Counted from the stretch's first letter, positions 1 to 10,411 are shown. The stretch is 64,000 bases of DNA from Nitrososphaeria archaeon (GCA_963752255.1 CAVVXT010000019.1:416001-480000), one strand, 5' to 3'. Made by a program: numbers and translations. The notes: generated from the letters alone by a model not told the origin.

Positions 1-30
1 TTCTTTACTTTCACAATGCACTTAGTTAGT

Positions 31-292
31 ATTTAACTTTTACTTGTAGTGTAATAATTAATTTAACTTTTACATATAATGTACTAATTATTTTTAGGTC
101 AAGGTCTATTGTACGTCAAACAGGAAAAATATTTTCCCCTATATATAGAGGGATGTGGTTGTTTTTCTAAGGAGTACTGGGGTTTAACGGGCGATGTACG
201 TTAATAGGGCTGGGGCGTTTTTCCTGTTTGGAGACCGCTTGAACCTTCTAAATACCCTCTGGTAATTAATTAATACACTATATGTAAAAGTT
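31..292. repeat. Nested direct and inverted repeat region (candidate MGE origin, parS-like site or divergent operator-promoter)
   Basis: 30-bp tandem units at 31-60 and 61-90 (both begin ATTTAACTTTTAC and end TAATTA). 65-90 matches the reverse complement of 267-292 at 24/26. Perfect 13-bp IR CAAACAGGAAAAA at 117-129 / 218-230. Confidence 0.75.
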
Positions 293-475
293 TTTAGAAA
301 GGAGATCACAAAGGACTTTAAGTTAACGAACCCCTTTATAATCAAGTGTTAGGGACGACAAGAAAGCGGAGGAATGCACGATCGAGACTTAGGTGGCTCA
401 AGACATAAGTTTAAGAAAAAGTGGGGGGGGTTGTTAAAGTATGAGCAGTGGGGCGAGGAAGGAGAAGGTTGAAAG

Positions 476-1417
476 TTAGTCACTCTTACGGAAGTTTCTG
501 AATTCAGGGGCACCTGGGTTCCAATAGTTGGCCATTGCGTCGATCAAGGATTCTAAGGCCTCACGCTCCTGGTAGATCAGCCTTATCGGAATGTGGATGA
601 CTTTAAGCTCATGGTTCTTCCAGAGGCCGTTCTCCTTCATAGGGTTAAGGACAACCTTCTTGTCAAGCTGGATGGCAACGTTTCCAATCAGGAAGTCCAC
701 GACGTAGGGTTTCTTCTTTTTCTTTGGAAGCAGCACTTCTTCAGGCCCCGGCTCAAATTTAACTGCAGTCTCAGGGTAGACGTTGATCTCGGAAAGCAGC
801 ACAGTGAAATCGGCTACAGGATTCTTAGGTACAGGTTTAGTAGTAGATCCCTGCTCTGAGGGCTTTCCGGTCATGCTTTCTATAACCTCGGCTGTGCCGT
901 CCGTCACAACCGTTGTGACGGCTTCTCCTTTCGTAGACACCTTATGTAAAGAATTATCGAGCGCATCCGCTTTTGCTTTAGCACTTAATTTACCCAGTTT
1001 TGACATTTCCTCGGACTTGTATTCTTTAGATAGAGAAGATTCTATTTTTGACCTTGAAATTTTAAGAAGTTCAACCATCTTATCAACAACTTTACCCTTC
1101 TTAACATTATATTGATCAACGAGCACTTTCGCTATTGCGTTTAGTTGCACATCCCACCAAGCTTTATCTTTCACTCCATGGATGTTGTCTGAGATCTTAC
1201 TCAGGTAGAAGTCCAGGTCATCTTCAATGTGCACAGTCTTTTCAGGCCATTTTGGATCAGCCTTCTTCCTCGTTTCACCCGCTACGATCCTTCCAAGCTG
1301 ATCCTTTAATACGGGGTGCAGGTATCCTCGTTTTTTGGCGGATTGCCGAAGCTGAAGAACGATATTATCTTCAGGCTTTTCAGTTTCTTCAGCCAAAGCG
1401 AGTCCCCTCATTTCCAT
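476..1417 (-). CDS. ParB/Srx-like N-terminal domain + HTH + degenerate DUF559/Vsr-like C-terminal domain protein
   Basis: LRQSAKKRGYLHPVL...IVAGETR...ISDN resembles the ParB N-domain (GxxR). C-terminal YVVDFLIGNVAIQLD resembles DUF559-type nucleases. Confidence 0.65.
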   Translation of the reverse strand: MEMRGLALAEETEKPEDNIVLQLRQSAKKRGYLHPVLKDQLGRIVAGETRKKADPKWPEKTVHIEDDLDFYLSKISDNIHGVKDKAWWDVQLNAIAKVLVDQYNVKKGKVVDKMVELLKISRSKIESSLSKEYKSEEMSKLGKLSAKAKADALDNSLHKVSTKGEAVTTVVTDGTAEVIESMTGKPSEQGSTTKPVPKNPVADFTVLLSEINVYPETAVKFEPGPEEVLLPKKKKKPYVVDFLIGNVAIQLDKKVVLNPMKENGLWKNHELKVIHIPIRLIYQEREALESLIDAMANYWNPGAPEFRNFRKSD

Positions 1418-1802
1418 CTTCTTTTTTCAAGCCCGCGCCTGCCGGCAGGTCAGTCGAAGAACTCTGCTCAATCTGCTTTAATGACGCCGTAGACATATCT
1501 TCAGGCTCCATTGAAAGAGGCATATCGGTTCGCTCGATCAGCCATACAGCGTTGTCGATCGTATCCCAAAGCATAGTTAAATTTTCTCCCTCGGAGAGAG
1601 GGGAATTCGTACTTACCCAGGTCTGAGAGAATAAGACAGGTTTCTCAATCCCTTCAATTTGCACCGGGTACCATCCGTCTTGAAGGTCTCCCACAAAGTT
1701 CAGAAAACGCCCCATTATCAGCTTGCACCTGGACTCAAGAACGCCGCAGATTCCGACCTTTATGTAAGATTTACCCCCGACTGTATATTTTTCTATGTTC
1801 AA
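1389..1802 (-). CDS. Hypothetical protein (overlaps the ParB-like gene, probably co-transcribed)
   Basis: 137-aa ORF with plausible composition, GGGGT upstream and an overlap with the downstream gene. Confidence 0.6.
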   Translation of the reverse strand: MNIEKYTVGGKSYIKVGICGVLESRCKLIMGRFLNFVGDLQDGWYPVQIEGIEKPVLFSQTWVSTNSPLSEGENLTMLWDTIDNAVWLIERTDMPLSMEPEDMSTASLKQIEQSSSTDLPAGAGLKKEDGNEGTRFG

Positions 1803-1916
1803 GAACCATATTACCCCTTCACATTATTTCCGGCGTCTGAATACTGTTTATTTATTTTATTGCTCATACTTATCATCTAAAACTGTTATTCTTGTTATCC
1901 TCTCTCCTTATTAAAC

Positions 1917-2002
1917 TTTGTCGCTTGGTTTTTGTCGCTTTAATTTATAATGCGAAAAATTTATAAAGAAAGTCTCAAGCGATAGCATAGGGTAGCGACA
2001 AA
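1917..2002. promoter_or_regulatory. Operator-like TTTGTCGCT repeats around a TATA-like box
   Basis: TTTGTCGCT at 1917-1925 and 1931-1939, inverted AGCGACAAA at 1994-2002, with AAAAATTTATAAA between them, directly upstream of the wHTH gene. Confidence 0.5.
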
Positions 2003-2986
2003 ATGATCTGGGCAGATGCAATAAAATTGATAGTAGGTAATCTAAAGACGCGGGGGGAAATGAAGCATGATGAGTTAGTAGACATCCTTTTAAAAGAACT
2101 TAATGGGAAAAAAGGTCTTAAAAGGACTGTTGAAAGATGCCTAAAAACTCTTGTCGAGGCAGGGATTCTCGTAAAGGACGAAAGGGGTGTCTACAAATGG
2201 TTCGAATCAGTTGAACCATTCGCTACAGGAGAAAAGTATGAAGCCTTGCTGGAACACAGCAAGAACTTGGTGGCAGGATTCATAGCTCTATCCCATGATT
2301 ACGGTGGAATACTTGAAGAATACATTTCCCCCAATATCCTAAGAGAGTATGTTCTGAAACCGGAAAGTCAGCCTCTGGCAGTGACAACTGATTTGAAGTT
2401 TGCAAGATCACCCGAATTGCAGCTCAGCTTCCGTTATATGTCGCAGACTAAACCGCATGTTATGTCACATCTGCAAGCATACGATATGGAAAAGGGGAAG
2501 GTCCAAGAAGCTATATCACTTATGGCCGAAAGGAAACAGAAGGAAAAACTCTTAAAAGAAGAAATCGAGCACAGGATAAGAGAAAGTTTTGATGAACAGA
2601 AGGTCCCACAGGATGCACTTGAAAACTCTGCAGAAATCGTTTATGTCGCAATCGAGAACAGGCTCAAGGGATACAAGTTCGAGGGATTAGATGGTATGAT
2701 CGACAGTTCAAGTCCAAGCTACGACTTCTTAGGTAACATGGGGATTTCTGCCAAGGGGTATGGGGAAGAAGTTCGAAGTTTCTTGGATAAGCTGAGAAAT
2801 GATGCGAAGTTGAGTGAGATGGTTTATGAGAGGAATGAATTTGAGTCAAAGTATTATGATGCAAAAAAGTCAGCAGATGAAGTGTTATCAGATATCGTAC
2901 TGAGGATATCTTCTGGTGAACCTCTAAAGTGGAGATGCAAGATCTGCTCGAGATTAAATGACATTAAAATAGGTAATAAAACATAG
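2003..2986 (+). CDS. Winged-HTH domain protein with C-terminal CxxC
   Basis: N-terminal ...VERCLKTLVEAGILVKDERGVYKW wHTH signature; CKIC near the C-terminus. Confidence 0.7.
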   Translation: MIWADAIKLIVGNLKTRGEMKHDELVDILLKELNGKKGLKRTVERCLKTLVEAGILVKDERGVYKWFESVEPFATGEKYEALLEHSKNLVAGFIALSHDYGGILEEYISPNILREYVLKPESQPLAVTTDLKFARSPELQLSFRYMSQTKPHVMSHLQAYDMEKGKVQEAISLMAERKQKEKLLKEEIEHRIRESFDEQKVPQDALENSAEIVYVAIENRLKGYKFEGLDGMIDSSSPSYDFLGNMGISAKGYGEEVRSFLDKLRNDAKLSEMVYERNEFESKYYDAKKSADEVLSDIVLRISSGEPLKWRCKICSRLNDIKIGNKT

Positions 2987-3154
2987 GAAAAGGAAATATG
3001 GGATTATGGCCTTTAAAAGGAGAAAGAATGGCAGCAGGATAATTCAAATGGCATCTCCCAAAGAGTTATCAGAACAGAAGATGATAAAAGCATACCGAAG
3101 TTAATCTTACGACTTCCCAAATGAACCATCACACATAACAAACTTTTATTCAGC

Positions 3155-4160
3155 TTATTTCGAGTAAACAAGAACCCTGTTTGAAATACTTGAGCCCTGT
3201 TCTTTAAGAAGTTTGTCAACTTTTCTTCGGGTGACGGCAGTTGTCGTACCTACGCCAGTTACTCAAGCAGCACCGCTTGCTGCCCCCTCCAACAAAACTC
3301 TTATTAGTTCTTCAGTTGATATTCCGTGTACTTCTATCTTTTTACGGCTTAATATTTGGGTGAGACGATAGATCATCCCCGCACAGAAGGCGTCACCAGC
3401 TCCCGAGGGGTCTACTGTTTGAACTTTAAATGCGGGCATAGTTATCTTCCGCTCCTTAACCTTGGCGAGCAGACCGTGTTCGCCTGTTGTTACAACTGTC
3501 AGTTTAGCGCCTTTTGAGATGACTTCTAAAGCTTCGTCCACCTCCTTCTTTCCTGTCATTTCTAAAGCTTCAACATCGTTGCAATGGAATATGTCAATCC
3601 ATTTTAGGGCTGATATAAGTGGATCCCATCCATGTTGATATGGGACAACTGGATCGACAAATGTGAGACAGTTTAGCTTCTTTGCGGCCTGAAGAATCTG
3701 AGCAAGCCGATAATCGAATTCCCCTAGGATCCCGGTTGCCCCAACGTAAAAGATAAGAGGTTTCTCCTCCTCTAGAATAGCTAATGTGCGGTCAGGGTCC
3801 AGCCAGAGATTTGCCCCTACATTTGTGTGGAACCTCCGATCTTCCCCGGTGACAACTAATACTTCATCCACTGAGGTTCCAGCTTTTTCTTACCCTCTCT
3901 ATGTGCGTAATTATTCCATACTTTTTCAACTCGTCCTCTATGAAATCGCCAAAAAGGTCTTGGCCAACTGCGCCGACCAAACTTACTTCCCCTTTTGGTA
4001 GACAAAGCTTCATCAAGTCGATCGAAACATTTGCAGCATGTCCACCAACGTGTGGTTTTATTCCTAAAGGCGCAAATGTGAGCTCGCCTGGCTTCGATAT
4101 TCTGGGTAGGCCGGCTGCTATAATGTCACATACGAGTATACCAGAGCAGTTTACCAGCAT
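3155..4160 (-). pseudogene. PfkB-family carbohydrate kinase, interrupted (frameshift near 3885, in-frame TGA at 3263-3265); may be a sequencing artefact
   Basis: GGHAANVS in the 3864-4160 ORF and DPSGAGDAF in the 3263-3871 ORF. After the TGA the frame continues VTGVGTTTAVTRRKVDKLL to a TAA at 3155. Confidence 0.8.
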
Positions 4161-4169
4161 CTTATTACC

Positions 4170-4532
4170 TCAAATCAAATAATTCCAACATTTTAGGAGG
4201 GCTCTTTCTTGACCCCCCAGTTTTATTGCAGCCTGTAGCGCCTCATGGTCCCTAGCGTTGATAAGTCCGACTATTTTTGCGCCGTACTCCCTTCTAACTT
4301 TAGGTGTTTCATACAAGACTGGAGTACATATTCCGCTAGAATCTTCCACTGCCAATTCTTCAGCCACCCGTTTTGGTGGATATCGGCCTATCCCAGCAAA
4401 AAAAATTGCAATAACGTATTTATCTGGATAAAGTGCGCCTCTATCTTCCCAAAGAAGCTCTCTTAAATGGCCTCTAGAGGGTTCTGACAAAATACACCAC
4501 TTAATGGAATTGCCATAACTTATATAAATCAT
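4170..4532 (-). CDS. Hypothetical protein (true start probably the downstream TTG)
   Basis: ORF ends 10 nt before the pfkB start on the same strand. Confidence 0.5.
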   Translation of the reverse strand: MIYISYGNSIKWCILSEPSRGHLRELLWEDRGALYPDKYVIAIFFAGIGRYPPKRVAEELAVEDSSGICTPVLYETPKVRREYGAKIVGLINARDHEALQAAIKLGGQERALLKCWNYLI

Positions 4533-4654
4533 TATTTATTCTTTGTGACCAAACACAAATTTGTTTTTACACTTGTGTTAAGCAAAAATAGGATCACTTT
4601 TTTAAAAGGGAAAAAATTGTGCGTTCCAAAAGAGGGTATAGACTCATGAATTTC

Positions 4655-5305
4655 TTAAGTCACCGTGAAGTGCAGTACTGCGATGTATCCCCACATGGTG
4701 CCTGAGACCACTGTATATTCGCCGGCAGGAAAGACCCTCAAGGTTCCGTTGACGTAATAACCACTCAGGCTGAAATCGGCGCCCATCCGCATAGGCTGAC
4801 CAGTTGATGTGCTATTGCCGTACACAGAGAACGCGAGATTACTGTTGGGCAAGAACCGGTATCCGTCTACGGCTGGAATGTAAAGAGGGCAGGGTGCAGG
4901 TGTAAACATCCAGAGAGAAGCTGCATCAGAGATGTTCTGGTCCATAAAGTGTCCTCGGCAGATCGCAATCCCCAAGGGATAAGGTACGTTTGGGCAGGCT
5001 GCTAAAGTCAGCTCTGGAGCTGAAGGCCAATCGAAGACTTTTGCCAGGGTCTGGTTGTGGTCCAACGTGTTGGTCAGATCTGTTACTATATTGACAACCT
5101 GCCCCCTTTTGATGGAAACCGAGCTCAACGAAAGTGTGAGGTTCAATCCGTTTACACTGTCGAAGGAGGACGCGGCAGCAGGCTGGGGTGGAACGGAACC
5201 CTGCCGGTTAGACAGAAATAGATCTGTGGCAATGATTGCCGCGGCTGCTACAATAGCAACTAAGACTACCGTTAAAAGGAAACCGTCCACTTTGCTTTTG
5301 CTCAT
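4655..5305 (-). CDS. Membrane-anchored extracellular protein (beta-rich)
   Basis: N-terminal TM helix FLLTVVLVAIVAAAAIIA, followed by beta-rich sequence with several NxS/T sequons. Confidence 0.7.
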   Translation of the reverse strand: MSKSKVDGFLLTVVLVAIVAAAAIIATDLFLSNRQGSVPPQPAAASSFDSVNGLNLTLSLSSVSIKRGQVVNIVTDLTNTLDHNQTLAKVFDWPSAPELTLAACPNVPYPLGIAICRGHFMDQNISDAASLWMFTPAPCPLYIPAVDGYRFLPNSNLAFSVYGNSTSTGQPMRMGADFSLSGYYVNGTLRVFPAGEYTVVSGTMWGYIAVLHFTVT

Positions 5306-5461
5306 GCACCAAATATAAGGACGCCAGATTATAGTTCTATATTTAGAACAGTCGTAATAATAGTTTCAAGCATCCTGATAATTATCGCTGGAAAAGGTTC
5401 TTTTTTTAAAAGCCCCATCGCTTTGGGTAAAGATCTATGAGATGGAAAAAATACATACCAG

Positions 5462-5998
5462 TTACAGTTCTAATGGAATCCCATAAGATTCTTTGAAAAA
5501 AACTTCAGAGAACGCTTTTCTTTGTGTGGCAAATGGATTCTCGTCAGGAACACCAACAGGAAGAAGTGCAATGACTTCTCGGCTTTCAGGAACCTTCAAA
5601 ATATCCTTAACCTTCCTCTCATCGAATGCCCCAATCCAACATGCTCCATAGCCAAGCGCTGTCGCAGCCAGAACCATATGCTCTACAGCAATCATAGGAT
5701 CCTGTCTGTGCGGTAATTCGACTAGCGCCACGATTATCGTGTCCGCTTCGGCGATGAAGGTTTGATTGTTGGCAGCGACCGATATTAGCCTCTTGGTCTC
5801 CAAGTCCCTTATCACTATAAAATACCACGGTTGGCGATTGCTGCCTGAAGGCGCCAGGCGTGCGGCTTCCAGAATCTTTTTCAGATCAGTTGCGGATATC
5901 GGATAAGGCTTGAACTTTCGTATACTTCTCCTTCTCTCTATCGCTTCAAAAAAATCCATATATGGCTCATCCCCAGACAGTTGGTACAATATGGCCAT
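5462..5998 (-). CDS. Nitroreductase family protein
   Basis: RRSIRKF, APSGSNRQPW and LGYGACWIG motifs. Confidence 0.92.
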   Translation of the reverse strand: MAILYQLSGDEPYMDFFEAIERRRSIRKFKPYPISATDLKKILEAARLAPSGSNRQPWYFIVIRDLETKRLISVAANNQTFIAEADTIIVALVELPHRQDPMIAVEHMVLAATALGYGACWIGAFDERKVKDILKVPESREVIALLPVGVPDENPFATQRKAFSEVFFKESYGIPLEL

Positions 5999-6220
5999 TA
6001 ATAGACAATACTAGAAATGTTTTGCGGACTAACAGGTTACTTTTTTACGACATCATATTACACAGTCTATAAATGAGGAAGATTCGCAGAAAATAAGCAG
6101 GCGACTTTCGTTCTGGGAGTCAACTCAATAACTTATTTGTGGTTCTAATTTGAATCCCAAAATTAGACCGATATGATCATTAATCCCACCAATCCCGCTA
6201 TCAACAGATGTCTATGTGGT

Positions 6221-6700
6221 TCAACCAGTCAGAGCTTTTTGCCAGGAGGTGTCTTCTGGGTTGGCTCTGTAGTTCGAGTTGATCAAGGGTTTGAGGTCAT
6301 CCCGGATGAAGGCCATAAAGTCGTTGGCTCCGCCGGAAGGACTGTACTCACCTGTAGGGTCCTTAGTCAGCGTAAGGTCTTTAGCACGCGCGCTAAACCA
6401 TCCTGCATAGTATTCGAATGGCTTCGCAGGATCAAGTGGATACCCAATACCGACGACGATCATATCGGGCACCTCGATACGTGCCATTTTCCTAAAGGCT
6501 GCCAGGAACCGAACGGTTTCAGTGATATCGCCGAAGCAGACATCTGCGTCCAACAGGTAGAGAACAGGATACGTTTCTTTGCTCTCAGCATAACCTACCG
6601 GTAATGCGACCTGAATCTTGTACTCTTTTCCCAACAATGTCGATTTAAGGAACCTCAATTCTGAATCACGGATTGTTACCGGCGGAAAATTTTCGTTCAT
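6221..6700 (-). pseudogene. Truncated IroE/Fes-like alpha/beta-hydrolase (esterase), N-terminal half only
   Basis: YPVLYLLDAD, IVVGIGYP and GGANDFMAFIRDDLKPLI are present. The ORF ends before the GxSxGG nucleophile elbow. Confidence 0.65.
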
Positions 6701-6934
6701 TCTATCACGTCATCAAAGCTTTGGGTTTAAAGCCAATATTTATATTATCTGTGTTCGGGGATTTTTGGATGCTAAACTTGAGAAACCTTTCAGCATCGGC
6801 AGGGGGTTCGGAAATTAAGAAATGGCTGGCTTTCAGTATTAGACAAAGCGGAGCATGCCAGAATCAATGCATTCTTGAATGTTACCATATTTCCGGCCAA
6901 GTTTACAGCGCGATAAGACTTTCACGGTGATTTT

Positions 6935-7435
6935 ATGAAAACACTAGTAGTGTTCTTCTCGAGGAGTGGGACAACGAAAAAGGTTGCAGAGGCAATTTCA
7001 AACATCTTGGGAAGTGACGTTGAAGAAGTATTCGACACAAAAAAAAGGGGAGGCGTCCTTGGCTGGCTGCGGTCAGGCAGGGATGCCCGCGCAAAAAAAC
7101 TCACCGTAATTAAACCCCCAAAGAAAGACCCAGGCTCGTATTACGCGGTTATAATCGGAACCCCTGTTTGGGGTGGCACATTGTCTACGCCCATCAGGAC
7201 ATACATAACACAGTACAAACAAAGCTTCAGACAAGTCGCATTCTTCACCACGCAGGGTGGCTCTGGGAAAGTCCCATTCGAAGAAATGGAGGCTCTATGC
7301 GAAAGGAAACCAGTTGCAGCGCTTATGTTAAGACAAAAGCAAGAAGTGGAAACAGAAACTTACCTCGACAAAGTGAGGCAGTTCACCGATGCAATAATCA
7401 AGCAGATGAACGAATCGACACACCAAGATAACTGA
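6935..7435 (+). CDS. Flavodoxin
   Basis: FFSRSGTTKKVAEAI FMN loop; IIGTPVWGG. Confidence 0.9.
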   Translation: MKTLVVFFSRSGTTKKVAEAISNILGSDVEEVFDTKKRGGVLGWLRSGRDARAKKLTVIKPPKKDPGSYYAVIIGTPVWGGTLSTPIRTYITQYKQSFRQVAFFTTQGGSGKVPFEEMEALCERKPVAALMLRQKQEVETETYLDKVRQFTDAIIKQMNESTHQDN

Positions 7436-7690
7436 CATTTTTGCTCATCTGAGTTGGGCATAATTGAACGAAACTTTCCTGATCTAAACGTTCCATTTTA
7501 GAATATTTTCCACTAGTTACTTATCTAAACATTCCACTGCAATAGCTAAAAAGAGAGTGGGCTTGCGCTCGGCACATTTTGTCAGAATTGGTTTTTTTTG
7601 CAAATTAAATGTAATTAAAGAAAGAATATAAAAAAATAACAAGATTTACAACTAAAAAATTGACAACATTTATATATCATTTTAAAATAA

Positions 7691-8035
7691 TTGTTGTCGA
7701 GCGATATGGCTTTATTTGTTGCCGTACATAAATGGAAACCTGAACAATTACCAACTATCATAAAAGAGACTCTAGCGCTCTTCACAGTTCAAAGAGATGG
7801 AAAACTCCCGAAAGGTGTTGATCTACTCTTCTCCTATAATAATATAACGCCTAATGGAGCTTTCTGTGTCTGGGTCGCTCCTAACCCTACTACCCTTGAA
7901 CAGTTATTCGGAAAATACTGCCCAGTACTGAAGAAAGGAACCGAGTTCGTGCCTGTCGTGCAGAGCTATCCACCAACCATGGAGTACGTTGTACATCTCA
8001 CGCAGATGATGTTAGCCCAAGCGGCTCCAAAGTAA
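7691..8035 (+). CDS. Hypothetical protein (small ferredoxin-like / DUF3303-like fold; start probably ATG 7706)
   Basis: Clean ORF after an AT-rich promoter; AFCVW.A pattern; T-rich terminator downstream. Confidence 0.6.
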   Translation: MLSSDMALFVAVHKWKPEQLPTIIKETLALFTVQRDGKLPKGVDLLFSYNNITPNGAFCVWVAPNPTTLEQLFGKYCPVLKKGTEFVPVVQSYPPTMEYVVHLTQMMLAQAAPK

Positions 8036-8195
8036 ATTTTAGGCTTGAATCTCTGGAGTCACTCCTCTTCTTTTTTTAGCAATAGAAGAAATCTTTCAGG
8101 TCTTGAAGGTTGGAGGAAAATGTATGCTTCTTGAACCTTTTAGGAACCTCAGAATGTTTTGGGCTTTCCCTTCGCAGTTTTTCCAATACTATAGA

Positions 8196-9398
8196 TCATA
8201 TTACTCCTAATTTCTTACCTACTTTCTCAAATGCTCTTAGAGCTAGGTCCAAATCATTTGTGGTGTGCTTTGCGTTGACTTGGGTTCTTATTCTTGCGGT
8301 TCCTTGTGCAACCATAGGATGGACTATCGGTAGTGCGTAGATATCCTCTTTGAATATTTCTTCTGCCATTTGGTTTGCGCGTGTGTTATCGCCGACTATG
8401 ATTGGGGTTATTGGTGTCTCGCTTTGGCCGGTGTTGAAGCCTAGTTTCTTCAGTCCTTCTTTAAAGTATTTTGTATTTTTCCACAACGATTCTATAAGCT
8501 GTGGTTCTTCTTCACATACTTCTAGAGCTGCCCTGCATGCTGCAGCTATCGGAGGAGGAGTTGACCCAGTTAACAGATAGGTTCTGGCGGTATTCTTCAA
8601 ATAATCAACTACATCTTTGCCTGCTGCAAGATACCCTCCGACGACACCGTATGCTTTGCTGAATGTGCCCATTTCGATTATATCTTCTCTTTCTAGCCCG
8701 AAATGGTTTACAACTCCTCTTCCTGCTTCACCTAGAACGCCATCACCGTGTGCATCATCCACATAAAGAGCGGCACTATACTGCTTGGCAACCTTATTTA
8801 ATTGAGGTACTGGAGCGATATCTCCATCCATACTAAAGACCCCGTCCGTTATAATGAATATCCTGTTATATTTTGAACCGTTCTGTTCAAGTAGCTCCTC
8901 CAGTTTTTCAAAATTTTTGTGAGGGTAGATCATTCTTTCTGCCCTAGATAATCTGACTCCATCTATTATTGACCCATGGTTTAGCTCATCGCTTATTATG
9001 AGATCCCCTTGTCCTGCAAGTGCAGGGATTGATCCAGAATTGACCATGAAACCTGAGGGGAAGACTATCGAAGCCTCTTTTTTCTTATATTCTGCGAGCT
9101 TCTCCTCTAATTCTAGATGTAACCGCATGGTTCCTGAGATCGGCCTAACAGAGCCAGAACCTACACCATATTTCCTGATAGCTTCCCTAGCTGCCTTGAT
9201 CAATTTGGGATGAGTTGAAAGACTCAAATAATTGTTTGAAGATAAAACCAAAACTTTTCTTCCTTGCACCTGAGCCCAGACAGCAGAAGGGCCCTCTAAC
9301 GTTCTAGGCCTCCAAAGAAGGTTATTTACTTCCATATCCTTTAATTTCTGCCTGATGGATGAATGAAAATCTCTATTAGGTGGAGTCTGAGAAGACAT
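8196..9398 (-). CDS. kbl: Glycine C-acetyltransferase (2-amino-3-ketobutyrate CoA ligase)
   Basis: SSNNYL, SDELNHGSIIDG, DGVFSMDGD, DDAHG and GTFSKA PLP motifs; adjacent to tdh. Confidence 0.88.
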   Translation of the reverse strand: MSSQTPPNRDFHSSIRQKLKDMEVNNLLWRPRTLEGPSAVWAQVQGRKVLVLSSNNYLSLSTHPKLIKAAREAIRKYGVGSGSVRPISGTMRLHLELEEKLAEYKKKEASIVFPSGFMVNSGSIPALAGQGDLIISDELNHGSIIDGVRLSRAERMIYPHKNFEKLEELLEQNGSKYNRIFIITDGVFSMDGDIAPVPQLNKVAKQYSAALYVDDAHGDGVLGEAGRGVVNHFGLEREDIIEMGTFSKAYGVVGGYLAAGKDVVDYLKNTARTYLLTGSTPPPIAAACRAALEVCEEEPQLIESLWKNTKYFKEGLKKLGFNTGQSETPITPIIVGDNTRANQMAEEIFKEDIYALPIVHPMVAQGTARIRTQVNAKHTTNDLDLALRAFEKVGKKLGVI

Positions 9399-9436
9399 GG
9401 CTTACTCGGAGCACAGCCCCTATTTATAATTTATTT

Positions 9437-10411
9437 CTAACTATTTCCATCAGCGAAGCGCTTTCCCAACTTTTCAATCATATCCTTTACCATGGAAGCC
9501 ATGTTGTAGCGGGGCTTCCAACCCCATTCTTTCCTTGCCACACTATCATCTAGAGACATCGGCCACGAATCCGCGATCTTCTGCCTGAAATCAGGTTTGT
9601 AATTGCATTCGAAATCAGGAACATATCTTTTGATTTCCAACGCCAATTCGCTTGCAGAAAAGCTCATTCCAGCTAGATTGTACGAAGTACGACACTTTAT
9701 GCTTGAAGTATCAGCTTCCATCAAATCCAAGGTCGCTTTGATGCAATCAGGCATATACATCATAGGTAGGACTGTATCCCCTCTTACAAAGCATGTATAC
9801 CTTTTATCCTTAAGAGCTTTGTAAAATATTTCTACAGCATAGTCCGTAGTACCTCCACCTGGAGGTGTTTCGCTGCTTACTATACCAGGGTAGCGAACAC
9901 TACGGATATCCAACCCATACTTTTGGTGATAATAGTTGCACAACAGTTCTCCTGCCACCTTAGACACGCCATACATAGTTCCTGGGATCAAAACTGTCTC
10001 CTGAGGTGTATTAACCCGTGGTGCTGAAGGACCGAAGACCGCGATAGAGCTGGGCCAAAAGACTCGATATAGTCCCCGCTCCTTTGATATTTCAAGTATG
10101 TTGTAGAGCCCAGTCATGTTAACATTCCAGGCGAGTTTAGGGTCCTTTTCACCTGTTGCTGAGAGAATAGCTGCTAGGTGATAGATCGTGTTAATATCAT
10201 GTTCTTTGATAATTTTCTCTATACTACCCTTATCAGTAACATCGATGTACTCGAATGGGCCAGACTTCAACTTCTCATCGAGTTGTCGCCTATGCCCTGC
10301 AGTGACCACATTCTTGCTACCATATTTTCTTCGTAATTCAATCGAAAGTTCGGAACCGATCTGACCTGTTGAACCAGTCACCAAAATTTTTTTCATCTTA
10401 TCTGCTGGCAT
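9437..10411 (-). CDS. tdh: L-threonine 3-dehydrogenase (extended SDR type)
   Basis: GSTGQIG, HLAAILSA, YGVSK, PGGGTTDYAV and MMYMPDC motifs. Confidence 0.92.
   Translation of the reverse strand: MPADKMKKILVTGSTGQIGSELSIELRRKYGSKNVVTAGHRRQLDEKLKSGPFEYIDVTDKGSIEKIIKEHDINTIYHLAAILSATGEKDPKLAWNVNMTGLYNILEISKERGLYRVFWPSSIAVFGPSAPRVNTPQETVLIPGTMYGVSKVAGELLCNYYHQKYGLDIRSVRYPGIVSSETPPGGGTTDYAVEIFYKALKDKRYTCFVRGDTVLPMMYMPDCIKATLDLMEADTSSIKCRTSYNLAGMSFSASELALEIKRYVPDFECNYKPDFRQKIADSWPMSLDDSVARKEWGWKPRYNMASMVKDMIEKLGKRFADGNS

Noticed and set aside
31-90. CRISPR array
   Set aside because: Only two or three abutting 30-bp units without unique spacers, and no cas genes.
2987-3154. att site or tRNA at the right boundary of the putative element
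   Set aside because: No tRNA cloverleaf or repeat matching elsewhere in the window was recognised.
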